The translations under genes were made by a program, and so were the position numbers. From Chiloscyllium plagiosum (lineage: Eukaryota): a stretch of DNA of 64,000 nucleotides. Location of the stretch: assembly GCF_004010195.1 (NCBI RefSeq), contig NC_057750.1, forward strand, positions 4,944,352-5,008,351, in the 5' to 3' direction. The notes under the pieces were generated by a model. It worked only from the letters and a program-made list of their open reading frames with translations, was not told where the DNA came from and did no database searches. This document shows positions 1 to 11,418 of the stretch, in pieces. Positions within the stretch are counted from its first letter, which is position 1; each line of letters begins with the position of its first letter.

Positions 1-92
1 CATAACCCCCCCCTCTCCCCCAACCCCGCTTCAAATGGTGACCCATGTTTCACCCCCACTCCACACAAAAGCAGCGGGGATTCATTTCTCAC

Positions 93-294
93 ATCAGCGG
101 TTTGCACAGCCTCTGGGTCCGGAGGAGCTGAAGCCTCTGACCTGAAGGTACCCGTGGAATAGTGCAGTCTGGAAGTCGCTGAGCGAAAGACGGTTTCGAA
201 TCCTTCCATCTTGTACTTCAGAGTTGTTTGAGCTCGAAAGCTTGTGGACCAGAGGCCCGTGTTTCAGTGGTGCTCCAGGATAGTCTCTCGACAT
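93..294 (-). CDS. Possible first coding exon of an unidentified downstream gene
   Basis: Non-repeat sequence with two possible ATG/donor pairs: 294-142 (MSRDY...FHGYLQ|gtcaga) or 209-93 (MEGF...TAD|gtgaga). Not recognised. Confidence 0.2.
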
Positions 295-538
295 TCAAAT
301 GTGCCCCTGTTCATTCATCGCCTTTCCAAATGAAGTCGCTGCGTGGACGGTTCCCCCCCCACCCCCAAGCTTTGGCGGGCGGGGGTCTATTGTCATTGCA
401 CCTTCCTAAGTTCTCTCTAGAGACTTGCACCAAAAAAAACAAGAGACCCCTTTCCAAGCGTTGTAACAGCAGGAGGAGCGCTGCACAGCCAGAGGAGCCA
501 ACGTTCGCATGATACAACAACTCAATTCGCCTTTCAGT

Positions 539-853
539 CAGATGGAAACCTGCGACACCTGACCTTTGAAAGAGGCGGACTGGAGAGATCCCCCCCCAGC
601 ATGCCAGGTGTATATTTAATCTCAGTCAGCATCGGATTCTTACATCACCTTGCTGCTAGAGACAGCTAGCTCTTTGCCAAACAGCTGCTCCATTTCCAAC
701 CTTACAGCGATGGCCAATTATTTTTAAGGGAAATGTTTAATTGACTGCAAAGCGTTTTAGGATGCTACTGAAATGCAAGTCATTCCTTCGCCCATGTAAT
801 GTTTCAGAAATAATATTCACTGTGCTGCAAGCGTTAGTTTAATTTAAAAATAA
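539..853 (-). promoter_or_regulatory. Candidate muscle-type promoter: TATA-like, E-boxes, two MEF2-consensus sites
   Basis: TTAAATATA (- strand, 611-619); E-boxes at 539-544, 605-610, 682-687; YTA(W)4TAR matches at 718-727 and 844-853; CCAAT at 714-718. Confidence 0.3.
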
Positions 854-1184
854 TTAGAACTGTGGCACGTCTGGGTGGATTGCAATAAAATAAAAATGGT
901 TTGGAATGTTCCACAAATGTTTTTTTTTTGCAGGAGGGTCGAAGTGCTTTGGTCCTGAAATCTGTGTTTGTATTTGGCGCTAGGCTGTTCAGGACTGATA
1001 GTTACTGGGTCTGCAGTCAACAGAAAACTGGGAGCTGCAGGAGACAGCAACTTGAATTAATCAGAATATGTTGGATCCTGAACTGTGTCACCTCTTCCGA
1101 GCAGCAGATGGCGCAGTTGTTTCACTTTTCACAGTATCAGGAGACGGGCTCTGTGATGTAATGAGTTTAAGGGCTTGACCAGAG

Positions 1185-1990
1185 CAGGGGCAGATGGAGT
1201 ACAACGTGGGAAAGTGTGAGGTCATGCACCTCGGTAGGAAGAATAGAGGCATGGGCTGTTTTCGAAACAGGGAGAAAGTTCAGAAGTCTGAAGTGCAAAG
1301 AGACTTGGGAGTTCTTGTTCAGGATTCTCTCAGAGTAAACTTGTAGGTTGAGTCAGTAGTTAGGGAGGCGATTACAATGGTGGCATTTATTTTGAGAGGA
1401 CTTGAAAATAACAGCAGAGATGTACCTCTGAGGCTCTACAAGGCTCTGGTGAGACCACTTTTGGAGTATTGTGCACAGTTTGGGCCCCATACCTCAGGAA
1501 GGATGTACAGCCCCGGAGTGGGTTCAGAGGAGATTCACGAGAATGGTCCCAACTTTGAAAAGCTTAACATATGAGGAACGTTTGAGGACTCTGGGTCTAT
1601 ACTTGATGGAGTTTAGAAGGATAAGGGGGGATCTGATTGAAGCATACAGAATACTGAATGGCCTGGACAGAGTGGATGTTGGGAAGATGTTTCCATGGGT
1701 AGGAGAGCCTTAAAGTAAAGGGAAGACCTTATAGAACGGAGATAAGGAGAAACTCCTTCAGCCAGAGAGTGGGGAATGTGTGGAATTCACTGTCACAGGA
1801 GGCTGTGGAGGCCGGGTCATTGAGTGTATTTAAGACTGAGATAGATAGGTTCTTGATTGTAAAGGGGATCAAAGGTAATGGGGAGAGAGCGGGAGAACGG
1901 GGTTGAGAAACGTATCAGCCATGGTTGCATGGAGGGGCAAACTCAATGGGCTGAATGGCCTGATTTCTGTTCCTATGTTTTATGGTCTTA
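1185..1990 (+). mobile_element. CR1-type LINE 3' fragment
   Basis: LYKALVRPLLEYC, VQRRFTRM, RIRGDLIEAY motifs followed by a typical 3' tail. Confidence 0.88.
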
Positions 1991-2139
1991 ATTCATGACA
2001 TCAAATCCTTGCAGTGCCTCTGTGTTTTGTCAGTGCATGGCTTTAAGTCAATGCAGTCAAAGCTAGGACCACTGGGAGGCCATTCAGCCCATTGGACCTG
2101 TACTGCTATCCATTTAGATCATTGACTGGGTTGCTTCTT

Positions 2140-2475
2140 CATCTAGTGGCTCAGTGGTTAGCACTGCTGCCTCACAGCGTCAGGGACCCGGGTTCGATTC
2201 CACTCTCAGGTGACTCTGTGTGTGGAGTTTGGACATTCTCCCTGTGTCTCTGTGGGTTTCCTCCGGGTGCTCCGGTTTCCTCCCACAGTCCAAAGATGTG
2301 CAGGTTAGGGTGGATTGGCCGTGCTATAGTGTCCAGGGATGTGCAGGCTAGGTGGGTTAACTATGGGAAATGCAGGGTTACAGGGATAGGGTAAGGGGGT
2401 GTTCTGGGTGGAACACTCATTGGCGGGTCAGTGTGGACTCGATGGGCTGAATGGCCTGCTTCCACTGTAGGGATT
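2140..2475 (+). mobile_element. HE1-type tRNA-derived V-SINE
   Basis: A box TGGCTCAGTGG, B box GGTTCGATTCC, V-domain core gtgtggagttt...ccggtttcctcccacagtccaaaga, CR1-like 3' tail. Confidence 0.88.
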
Positions 2476-3384
2476 GTCTGCCTCTGAGTAGGAGGGACTT
2501 CGAGGTATATGGGCCAAATGCTGGCAAATGGGACAAGTTCAGTTTAGGAAACCTGTTCAGCATGGACGAGTTGGGCCGAAGGGCCTCTTTCTGTGCTGTG
2601 TGACTCTCGTTAGGGAGAATGCATCAGTTGGGTGATTAACATTTAAACCAGGCAGGTTAACTCTGGCCCAGATATTGCCACGAGGCGTTACTGATGTAAT
2701 GCAGGACGTGCAGGGACCAGCGTGTGCAGAGAGTGTGGGAATGAGCAGTTTATTGTTTGTGCTGTTGGCTGAGGGGAAGGACGTGATGGGGGAGGGGTGT
2801 GAATTCAGCTGAAATTGCACCACCGGGGTCTCCAGTGCCCAGCAGAGGCTTCGATTTCCCGTCATCTCTGGAAGATGGCATAGCCGATGGTGCAGCACTC
2901 CCTCAGCACTGGAACTGGGCTTTGTGCCGTGGTTTAAAGTGTCAGTGTACTGGAGTGAGAGAGAGAGAGGAGGACTTTGTGGCCTTGCTTTGTAATGGGT
3001 AGGCTTCCTGGTCCCAGAGAGTAGCTACCAGCTGTTTTAGTTTGAACAGGAAGTGGTGACTGGCTGTGGTTCGGGTGAGGGGAGAGGGAGAGAACAAGGA
3101 AACTGAGAACATTGCAACTTGAAGAAACTGGGGCAGACGCACTTAATGTTTCAAAAGTACAGTGTCAAATAAAAGTGCAAATATGGTTTAAATATTGAGT
3201 AATGCTGTTAGAGTAACTCAATTATTACTTCCACGGTAATTACTGTAACATCCTATGTAGAAGTGCCATTCTTAAAATGTATTTTCTCTCTCTGTTCCCC
3301 ATGAGCTGATCCATTTGTACGGCCAGCAAGGGTCAGCAGTTGCTGCTCGACCACATGAGGCATCCCTGTCTGTTCACTCTGTGG

Positions 3385-3785
3385 AGGAAGTGAGGACGGC
3401 AGACGCTGGAGATCAGAGTCGAGAGTGTGGTGCTGGAAAAGCACAGCAGGTCAGGCAGCATCTGAGGAGCAGGAGAATCGACGTTTCGGGCATAAACCCT
3501 TCTTCAGGAACGAGGCTTGTGGGTCGGGGCTGAGGGATAAATGGGAAGGTGGGGTTGGGGGGAAAGCGATAGGTGGATGAAGGTGAGGGCAAAGGTGATA
3601 GGTCAGAGGGTGCAGTGATGCACAGGTTTGGAGGGTGTTGCTGAGTTGGAGGCTTGGTACTGGGATAATGTGGGAGTGGGGGGGGGTGCAAATGAGGAAG
3701 CTGTCAAAATCCACATTGATCCCGTGTGGTTGCACAATCCCAAGGCGGAGTATGAGGCGTACCTCCTCCAGGCATTGGTTTGGTA
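3385..3785 (-). mobile_element. 5'-truncated Penelope-like element: GIY-YIG C-terminal remnant, pyrimidine-rich UTR, hammerhead motif
   Basis: Minus frame NQCLEEVRLILRLGIVQPHGINVDF resembles the C-terminus of PLE endonucleases; flanked by gttcactctg direct repeats. Confidence 0.72.
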
Positions 3786-4929
3786 GTTCACTCTGATGAA
3801 GGGCTTTTGCCCGAAACGTCGATTTCGCTGCTCCTTGGATGCTGCCTGAACTGCTGTGCTCTTCCAGCACCACTAATCCAGAGTCTGGTTTCCAGCATCT
3901 GCAGTCATTGTTTTTACCTAGTTCACTCTGTGGTTAAACTCTCTCCCCTGTTGCTGGTGGCTGCACTTGCCCTGGCACCACATTAACCAACAGCGTTCCC
4001 ACTCCACCAGGGACAAGTCAAATGGGGGTACAGCGCAGAATCTGCCTTGTTCATATAGGGGCCATGAGGAATGGAGAGTAACTGTTGTTTGGGATCTAGA
4101 TAAGAGTTCCTGAGTGAGCAAACCGTGTGAGGGTGTTCCTACAAGAGAGAGGGTGCGGGTAAGTGGCGTTGAAATGCACATCAGCCATGATTGAATGGCG
4201 GAGTGAACTCGATGGGCTGAATGGCCTTACTTCTGCTCTTATTTCGTATGGTCTTATAAAGCAACAACTTCTTCCAGTTTTACCTGCCAAAACATCAGGG
4301 TGGGGACAGTCTGAACGTGTGCTCTAACTAATTAAACTAATAATAAAATTGTGGGGGGGTTTGGGTTGGATGCTCTTCTGAGGATTGGTGTAGACCTGAG
4401 GGGCCGAATGGCCTGTTTCCAAACTGTGGGAGTTCTATAGTTCTGTGAACTGAACCAGTTTCATGTGTACGAGTGACTGGAACTGGTTTTGAGATCGTGG
4501 GAGGGAGTTGCACAGGATAAAGAACGATAGATGATGGGAAATCTGAAACTCAACAGGTCTAGCAGCATCTGTGGAGAGAAAAACACAGTTAACATTTCGG
4601 GTCCAGTATGACTTCTTCAGAACAAGTGAGTGTGGGCACATTTACATATAAAAGGCACTCTGATAAGTGCATGAATAGGAAAGGTTTGGAGAAATATGGA
4701 CCAGGAGCAGGCAGGTGGGACTAGTTTAGTTTGAGATTATTTTTGGCATGGACTGGTTGGACCGAACAGTCTGTTTCTTGTGCTGTGTGACTGCATGATT
4801 CTATGTCCAGTGGCCCAGTTGGGATCAGTTCCTATGGCCAGTGGGACGTCACAGCTCCTCGCTTCACTGAGGAGACAGGGATATAGTGGTAAACCTATTC
4901 AATTACTGAGCCAGAAATACAGGGCATAA

Positions 4930-5945
4930 GCTATATGAGCAGAAGACGGCTGTTCAGCCCATCATGTTTACTCCACCATTCAATCATGGCTGATATGTTT
5001 CTCAACCCTGTTCTCCCTTATTCATCAAGAGCCCATCTATCTCTGACTTAAACACACTCAGTGACTTGGTCTCCACAGCCCTCTGCGGCAATGAGTCTCA
5101 CAGATTCGCCATTCTCTGGCTGAAGCGATTCCTCTGAAAGGGTTGTCCCTTCACCCTGAGGCTGTGCCCTCAGCCTCTCCTACTTCTCCACGTCCACTCT
5201 ATCCAGGCCTCTTGGTATTCTAACTTTCAGTGTGGATCCTTCTAAACTCCATTGACTACAGACTCGGAGTTCTCAGCTGCTCCTCATAAGACAAGCCGTT
5301 CATCCCCAAGGGATCGTTCTTGTGAAACATCTTCGGACTCCCTCTAACGCCAGCTCATCTTTCCTTAGGTAGGGGGCCCCACTCATCACCCCCTAGATCC
5401 AGGGTCCAGCTCATCCTTTCTTAGATACAGGGCCAGCTCATCCCCCCCATAGATACAGAACCCAGTTCATTTTCCCCCATCCCACCTCCTTAGATACAGG
5501 GCCCAGCCCAAGGTTCCTTAGTTACGGGGCCCCGCTCATCATTCCTTAAACATAGGGCCCAGCCCATCCTTCCTTAGATACGGGGTCCAGCCCATCCTTC
5601 CTTAGATACGGGGCCCAGCCCATCCTTCCTTAGATACGGGGCCCAGAAAATCTCTCAATGTTCCAACTCTGCTCTGACTAGAGCATTTTACAGCCCCAGC
5701 ACTTCATCTTACTGTTATATTCTAGCCCTTTTGAAATGAATGCTAACATTGCATTTACCTTCCTAACTGCCAACTGTATCTACGTGTTAACCTTAAGACA
5801 ATCCTGAACGAGCACCTTTAAGTCCCTTTGAGCTTCAGATTTCCAAAGGCATTCCCCATTTAAAAAGTCATCTTCCCTTCTATGCTTCCTACCAAAGTGC
5901 ATAACCTCACACTTTCCCACATTGCATTCCATTTGTACTTTTTTG
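4930..5945 (-). mobile_element. CR1-type LINE 3' fragment containing a 28-bp tandem array
   Basis: QMECNVGKCEVMHFG motif and CR1 3' end in reverse orientation. Confidence 0.8.
5350..5646. repeat. ~28-bp tandem repeat (ccagcccatccttccttagatacggggc) inside a CR1 fragment
   Basis: Period 28 in the last three copies; more divergent copies to the left. Confidence 0.85.
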
Positions 5946-6034
5946 CTGTTCCAGCTGATTCCAACTTTCTCAGGTAAGTTGTACTGTTGATGCAAGCAAT
6001 GAGGTCAGGATGTGGTACATTACAAATCAAAAGT

Positions 6035-6040
6035 TTTATT
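6035..6040 (-). terminator. Candidate poly(A) signal AATAAA for RINL
   Basis: tttatt on + strand about 1.2 kb downstream of the stop, at the end of an AT-rich non-repeat 3'UTR-like stretch. Confidence 0.45.
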
Positions 6041-7216
6041 TCAATTTACAATTTTAATCACGTAGCTGCGATTTCTGAAAGCAGTGTCTTGAGATAAATA
6101 ACGTACAAAGTTTGTTCTGGTTGGTGCTTTCCTGAGCGTCAGCAAAGTTGGTACAAAAGGAATCTCCAACAGCAGCCAAATAAATTAAGAGAAACTATGT
6201 TTTCATAGCCAGGTGTTGGATTTAAATGGTTTGGAGATACAAAGGCAGGTTCAGCTCCCTCGACATCCCTGTGCCCCACACCTACCATCGCCCCTGATTC
6301 AGCAACACCGTGATTTTAAAATTCAGACCCTTCTTTTGATTGGATTTGTTCAAGTTATGTGTTTTCCCCCAGGGATGTAATATTGTCTGCCGATCAGCGT
6401 GTTTCATTGCAGGAGGGATATTAGACCCACTCATATTTAGACAAGGAAGATTTACAGTATTGGTACAGACCACACAAGGATGTTATTTTACAAAGACCTG
6501 AAAAGTTTCACCTCTTTTCACCAGGACAGCACCTTCTGAACCTCCATCCCGGAGCAGGACAAGGGCAGCAGATGCATGGGAACACTACCCCCTGCAAGTT
6601 CCCCTCCAAACCACATGCCATCCTGCCTTGGAAATATATCGCCATTCCTTGAGTGTCGCTGGGTCAGAATCCTGGAATTCCCTCCCTAAGGGCCTTGTGT
6701 GGGTGTCCCTACAGGACGTGGACTGCAGCGGTTCAAGAAGGTGGCTTATCCCCACCTTCTCAAGGGGCAATTAGGGACGGGCAATAAATGTTGGCTCAGC
6801 CAGTCATGCCCATGTCCTACTGCCTCGTCATTTTTTGGGTGTGAGATCTTGTAGAGATTCTTCGGTCACTGCATATTGAACAGTTGTTGATGAACCAAAA
6901 AAGGGAGCACAGACTGTGGACTATGACAGAATGAATGAGAAGGTTAGAAAAAAAATCCATTCCCCATCCCCCCGCTTCCCCGACATAGAGGGTTTGTAGA
7001 GGAAAGAATGTCTCCTGGAGACCAGGACATCTCAGCCGTATGAATGGTGTGGAGGGGCCGAATGGCCTCCCACGGTTCCCGTGATCCATCGGCTCCCCTC
7101 AGAAACAGGAGACGGCAGCGTTACCATCCTTGAGCAAGTGACCCCCGGTTCTCAAACTCGCCCAGGGCAGCCCCAACGATCCAGCTCCCTCCATCCCCAT
7201 CACCGAGGGAGACCCG

Positions 7217-7525
7217 TCATGGAGTGGGCTGCCTGTCCTCTGAGGGAGTCTGGGGGCACTGGCTTCTGTCCTTGAGTCCGTACACAAAGTGGAAGGCGGT
7301 CTCCCCTTTCTGTTTCAGCTCCTCCCTGACCTTCTGGGGACAGGAGTCCCCCTCCAGTGGCTGGTACGAGTCTCCCTGGACCACGAAGAGTCTGTAGCTC
7401 TCGGGGTCCGGCACGTCGAATTTCTCGGCACACGCCTTCTCCACCTCGGCCACACTCATGTGCGCTGGGGCTAATATAGGCACCTGGTTTCCACTAGGTT
7501 CACGCAGAGAGATGTGCAGCAAATC
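7217..7525 (-). CDS. RINL: RINL terminal coding exon, Ras-association (RA) domain (CAEKFDVPDPESYRLF...PQKVREEL...FHFVY) plus stop
   Basis: Acceptor gacctgtag|GAT; TGA at 7219-7217. Resembles RIN2 RA domain 'CAEKFKVGDPEEYSLF...PQKIKAEL...FHFVY'. Confidence 0.92.
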   Translation of the reverse strand, partial: DLLHISLREPSGNQVPILAPAHMSVAEVEKACAEKFDVPDPESYRLFVVQGDSYQPLEGDSCPQKVREELKQKGETAFHFVYGLKDRSQCPQTPSEDRQPTP

Positions 7526-7749
7526 CTACAGGTCAAGAGGAGAGATCACAATGTGTGTGAGAGAGAGAGAGAGAGCTGAGACCATCAGCCTACCATGTTC
7601 AGCTTTGTTTATATTGACTGAGAGAGAGAAACTCCGTTCCAGACACTGTACCTCACAATGAATCTTTTCCAGAACATTAGGGAAGATTTCGGGTGGTGGT
7701 AACAGAACACACATGGTGCTATCCTGGTGCTTAAGGCTTGAGTGATAAC

Positions 7750-8155
7750 GGGTGGGATGTTTTTCACTGGAGCACAGGAGGCTGAGAGGAAACCTGATAG
7801 AGTTTTATAAAACAATGAGGGGTATAGATAGGGTTCATGTTGGCTGTCTTTTCCCTAGGGTGGGGGATTTCAAGACTAGGGGACACATTTTTAAGGTGAG
7901 GGGAGAGAATTTAAAAAGACACCCGGGACAAATTTTTTTACACAGAGGTTGGTTCACGTGTGGAATGAACTTTCAGAGGAATTGGTGGATGTGGACTTCT
8001 GGAAGATGTTTGGATAAGTACGTGAACAGGAAAGGTTTGGAGGCCTATGGGCCAGGAGCAGGCAGGTGAGACTAGTTTAGTTTGGGGTAATGGTCGGCAT
8101 GGACTGGGTGGGCCGAAGGGTCTATTTGCATGCTGGATGACTCTATGACTATGAC
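7750..8155 (+). mobile_element. CR1/HER1 LINE 3' fragment
   Basis: FSLEHRRLRGNLIEFYK motif and tail ...ggccgaagggtct...actctatgactatga. Confidence 0.85.
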
Positions 8156-8839
8156 TATATTTAACACTGAGCCTGGGCATCCAATTCCATTTGGTTGTGG
8201 ATGTCTTTGGGAATGGAAACCTAGAGCTGTACATGTATATCAGTCAGTTCCCATGAATCTCTGTGGATTTCAAGTGGCAATAATGTTTTGATGTGGTTCC
8301 GATTTGGGATTCATTTCACAAAGAAAGGAGAAGAGCTAAGAACAACGCTTTGCAAAATGTCAGTTGTTGGGGAAGAAACACAGGATTGATCATTCTCAGG
8401 CTAGGGCACAATGAGGTGAATTGTCCGGTGAACCAGATCGAAACCTTGCTTATCTTCCGCACAAGCATCAGCGTAGCCGCCTGTATCTCCTTCCTGTGTG
8501 AGTTTATCCAGCTTCACCTTGGCACACGCAGGAGAACGAGGGGGCATGTGACGGAGATGTGTAAAATGATGCGGGGTGTAGATAGCGTAGAGGGGAAGGA
8601 ACTATTCCCCCCTTGGTGGAGGGACCGGGGTGGGGCACAGATTGAAAGGAAGGGGTAGGAAGCTTAGAGGGGATTGTGAGGAAAAATGTTTTCACCCAGG
8701 GTGTGAGGGGAAAGTGGATCTCCCTGCCTGTCAGGGTGGGAGAGGCACAAACCCTCATCACATTGAAGAAACGTTTAGATGTTCATTTCTGATGCCAACG
8801 CTACTGGTCCCCTTTCTCAAAAATGGGATTAGAATAGTC

Positions 8840-9195
8840 AGTCATAGAAACGTACAGCACGGAAACAGACCCTTCAGTCCAACTCATCCGTGCTGACTAG
8901 ATATCCTAACCTAATCTAGTCCCATTTGCCAGCATTTGGCCCATATCCCTCTAAACCCTTCCTATTCATATACCCATCCAGATGCTTTTTAAATGCTGCA
9001 ATTGTACCAGCCTCCACCACTTCCTCTGGCAGCTCATTCCATACACACACCACCCTCTGTGTGAAAAAGTTGCCCCACTCCCCCCATCTTCTAAATCTTT
9101 CCCCTCTCACCCTAAACTGATGCCCTCTAGTTTTGGACTCCCCCACCCCAGGGAAAAGACCTTGTCTGTTCACCCCGTCCATGCCCCTCATGTAT
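8840..9195 (-). mobile_element. CR1/HER1 LINE 3' fragment
   Basis: TRGHQFRV...FFTQRVVCVWNELP motif. Confidence 0.85.
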
Positions 9196-9360
9196 AAATG
9201 TCCAAATGGTCACCGTGATCCTATTGATTGGTGGAGGGGGGCTCAATGAGCCAAATGCCCTAATCCTGCCCCTCCATCCTATGTTTCTACACAAATGTTG
9301 GTGTTGTCATTGCACTCCCGACCCCATCCCTGCCCAGCGATATTTCCCAGCTTTGCCAAC

Positions 9361-9524
9361 CTGTGCTGAGCGTCTCTTTGACTGGGTATAGTGAATGGTT
9401 CTTCTCGTTCGCCATTGACGTATTGATGACTTAGCCTCATCACTCATCTGCCGGGTGAATTGCCTGGGCTGGAAGTTGCTGATGTGATAGAGTGCACCAA
9501 ACATCGTCGTTAGGTAGTATCCAC
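9361..9524 (-). CDS. RINL: RINL exon, end of VPS9 (GGYYLTTMFGALYHI...RRTIHYTQSKRRSAQ)
   Basis: Acceptor gttgtctag|G, donor CAG|gttggc. 164 nt, phases 1 to 0. VPS9 'EGGYYLT' motif spans the junction. Confidence 0.92.
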
Positions 9525-9699
9525 CTAGACAACAGGAGGACACAAAATGTTTCAGGGAAAGAGAACAGTTCGGTTCATCAGGCTGAGCCCAGCCCTGGCT
9601 CCACTTTAAACCCCTATCAATCCCCAGTCTGTTTTGGGCCTTAACTAAAGTCCTTTTTTAGCTGTTTCTGGCTTTGAATTGGGTCCTTGGTGAATGTTG

Positions 9700-10255
9700 T
9701 ATCCACAAAGCACTGAGTACGGGAGTTGGGAGTCATGTGGCTGTACAGGACATTGGTTAGGCCACTTTTGGAATACTGTGTTCAGTTCTGGTCTTCTTCC
9801 TATCAGAAAGGTGTTGTGAAACTTGACAGGGCTCAGAAAAGATTTACAAGGATGTTGCCAGGGTTGGAGGGTTTAAGCTATAGGGAATAGGCTGGGGCTG
9901 TTTTCCCTGGAGCGTTGGAGGTTGAAGTTTATAAAGTCATGAGAGGCATGGATAGGATAAATAGACAAGGTCTTTTCCCTGGGGTGGGCAGGGGTTTAAG
10001 GTGATAGGGGAAAGATTTAAAAGGTGGGGGGGGCAGCTTTTTCACCCAGAGGGTGGTACGTGTATGGAATGAGCTGCCAGAGGAAGTGGTGGAGGCTGGT
10101 ACAATTACAACATTTGAAAGGGATCTGGATGGATATATGATTAGGAAGGGTTCATAGGGATATGCTGGCAAACGGGACATCATTAATTTAGGATATCTGA
10201 TTGGAATGAACAAGTTAGACCGAAGGGTCTGTTTCTGTGCTGTACAGCTCTATGA
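9700..10255 (+). mobile_element. CR1/HER1 LINE 3' fragment
   Basis: EYCVQFW / WNELPEEVVEA motifs plus 3' tail. Confidence 0.85.
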
Positions 10256-10767
10256 GAAGAGGATGTTTGGCCAACCAGATCAGTGCTGGTCTTTATACCC
10301 CACACACATCCAATTCAAGGCCTAATGATCCTGTAATTCTAGGCCACAGCCCAAAGTTTAATGGAGAACCTTCCTCTAATTCTACATATCAGCCGATACA
10401 AAGGTCGATTAAACTTCAACCTTTGAACTCCGTGAATCTATTCCCACACTGTCGCTTCACTCAAAGTCTATGACCTATCCCAGTGAGAGGTGAGAGGCGA
10501 AAGATTTAGAAGGAACCTGAGGGGCAACGTTTTCACACCGAGGGTGGTCTGTGTGTGGAATGAGCTGCAGCCAGAGGAAGTGGTGGATGCTGGTATAGTT
10601 ATGACATTTAGACAGGTACGCGATTGGGAAAGGTTTAGAGGGATATGGGCCAAATGCAGGCAGGTGGGACTAGTTCAGTTGGGAAACCTGGTTGGCATGG
10701 ACTGGTTGGACTGAAGGGACTGTTTCCATGCTATGACTCTATGGAAGGAGAGAATGAGAAAGGACTG

Positions 10768-11080
10768 GGGAAGCGATGGCCTAGTGGTATTATGACTGGA
10801 CTGTTAATCCAGAGACCCAGGTAACGTTCTGGGGACCTGGGTTCATATCCTGCCACAGCAGATGGTAGAATATGAATTTAATAATAAAAAAAAATCTGGA
10901 ATTAAGAGTGTAATGATAACCATGAATATATTGCTGATTGTTGGAAAAACCCATTTGGTACACTAATGTCCTTGCCTGGTCTGGCCTACACGTGACTCTA
11001 GACTCTCAGCAATGGGGCTGACACTTAACTGCCCTCTGGGCAATTATGGTTGGGCAATAAATGCTGCCCAGCCAGTGACT
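10768..11080 (+). mobile_element. Second tRNA-derived SINE family (also at ~16680-17005, 22640-22790, 36140-36770)
   Basis: A box tggcctagtgg, B box ggttcatatcc; tail gggcaataaatgctg shared with LINE-like 3' fragments (6530-6815, 23130-23465). Confidence 0.7.
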
Positions 11081-11286
11081 GAATAAAAGAAAAGGAGACC
11101 AGAGTTGGTGGCAGACCCACATGAGAAAGGAAGAGTGATAGACTGTTGCTAGGGGCCTTGCCATCCTGCTGCGTTCTGGGATTTTGGAAGGGGAGATGTT
11201 TGGGCTTTGGAGATCCATGATGGACGTGGCTTTAAGGAGGAGCGCGTTATGACACGGGGCCACGGAGACGGCTCGCGATGCCTCAC

Positions 11287-11418
11287 CTTCACCCTGGAGT
11301 TGGCTCTGGTCCAGGAGCTCCATCATGTACTCCACGTCTAGAGAGAGGTTGGTCAAGTTGCTGCTGGCCAGGACATAGGTGAGCACTGGCAGGAAGTCAT
11401 CGGCTCCATGGGGTTGCC
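11287..11418 (-). CDS. RINL: RINL exon, VPS9 catalytic core (GADDFLPVLTYVL...LDVEYMMELLDQSQLQGE)
   Basis: Acceptor cccgttccag|G, donor GAAG|gtgagg. 132 nt. VPS9 signature GADDxLP is intact. Confidence 0.95.

Noticed and set aside
2140..2215. tRNA gene
   Set aside because: A/B boxes belong to the tRNA-derived SINE head, which continues into the V core.
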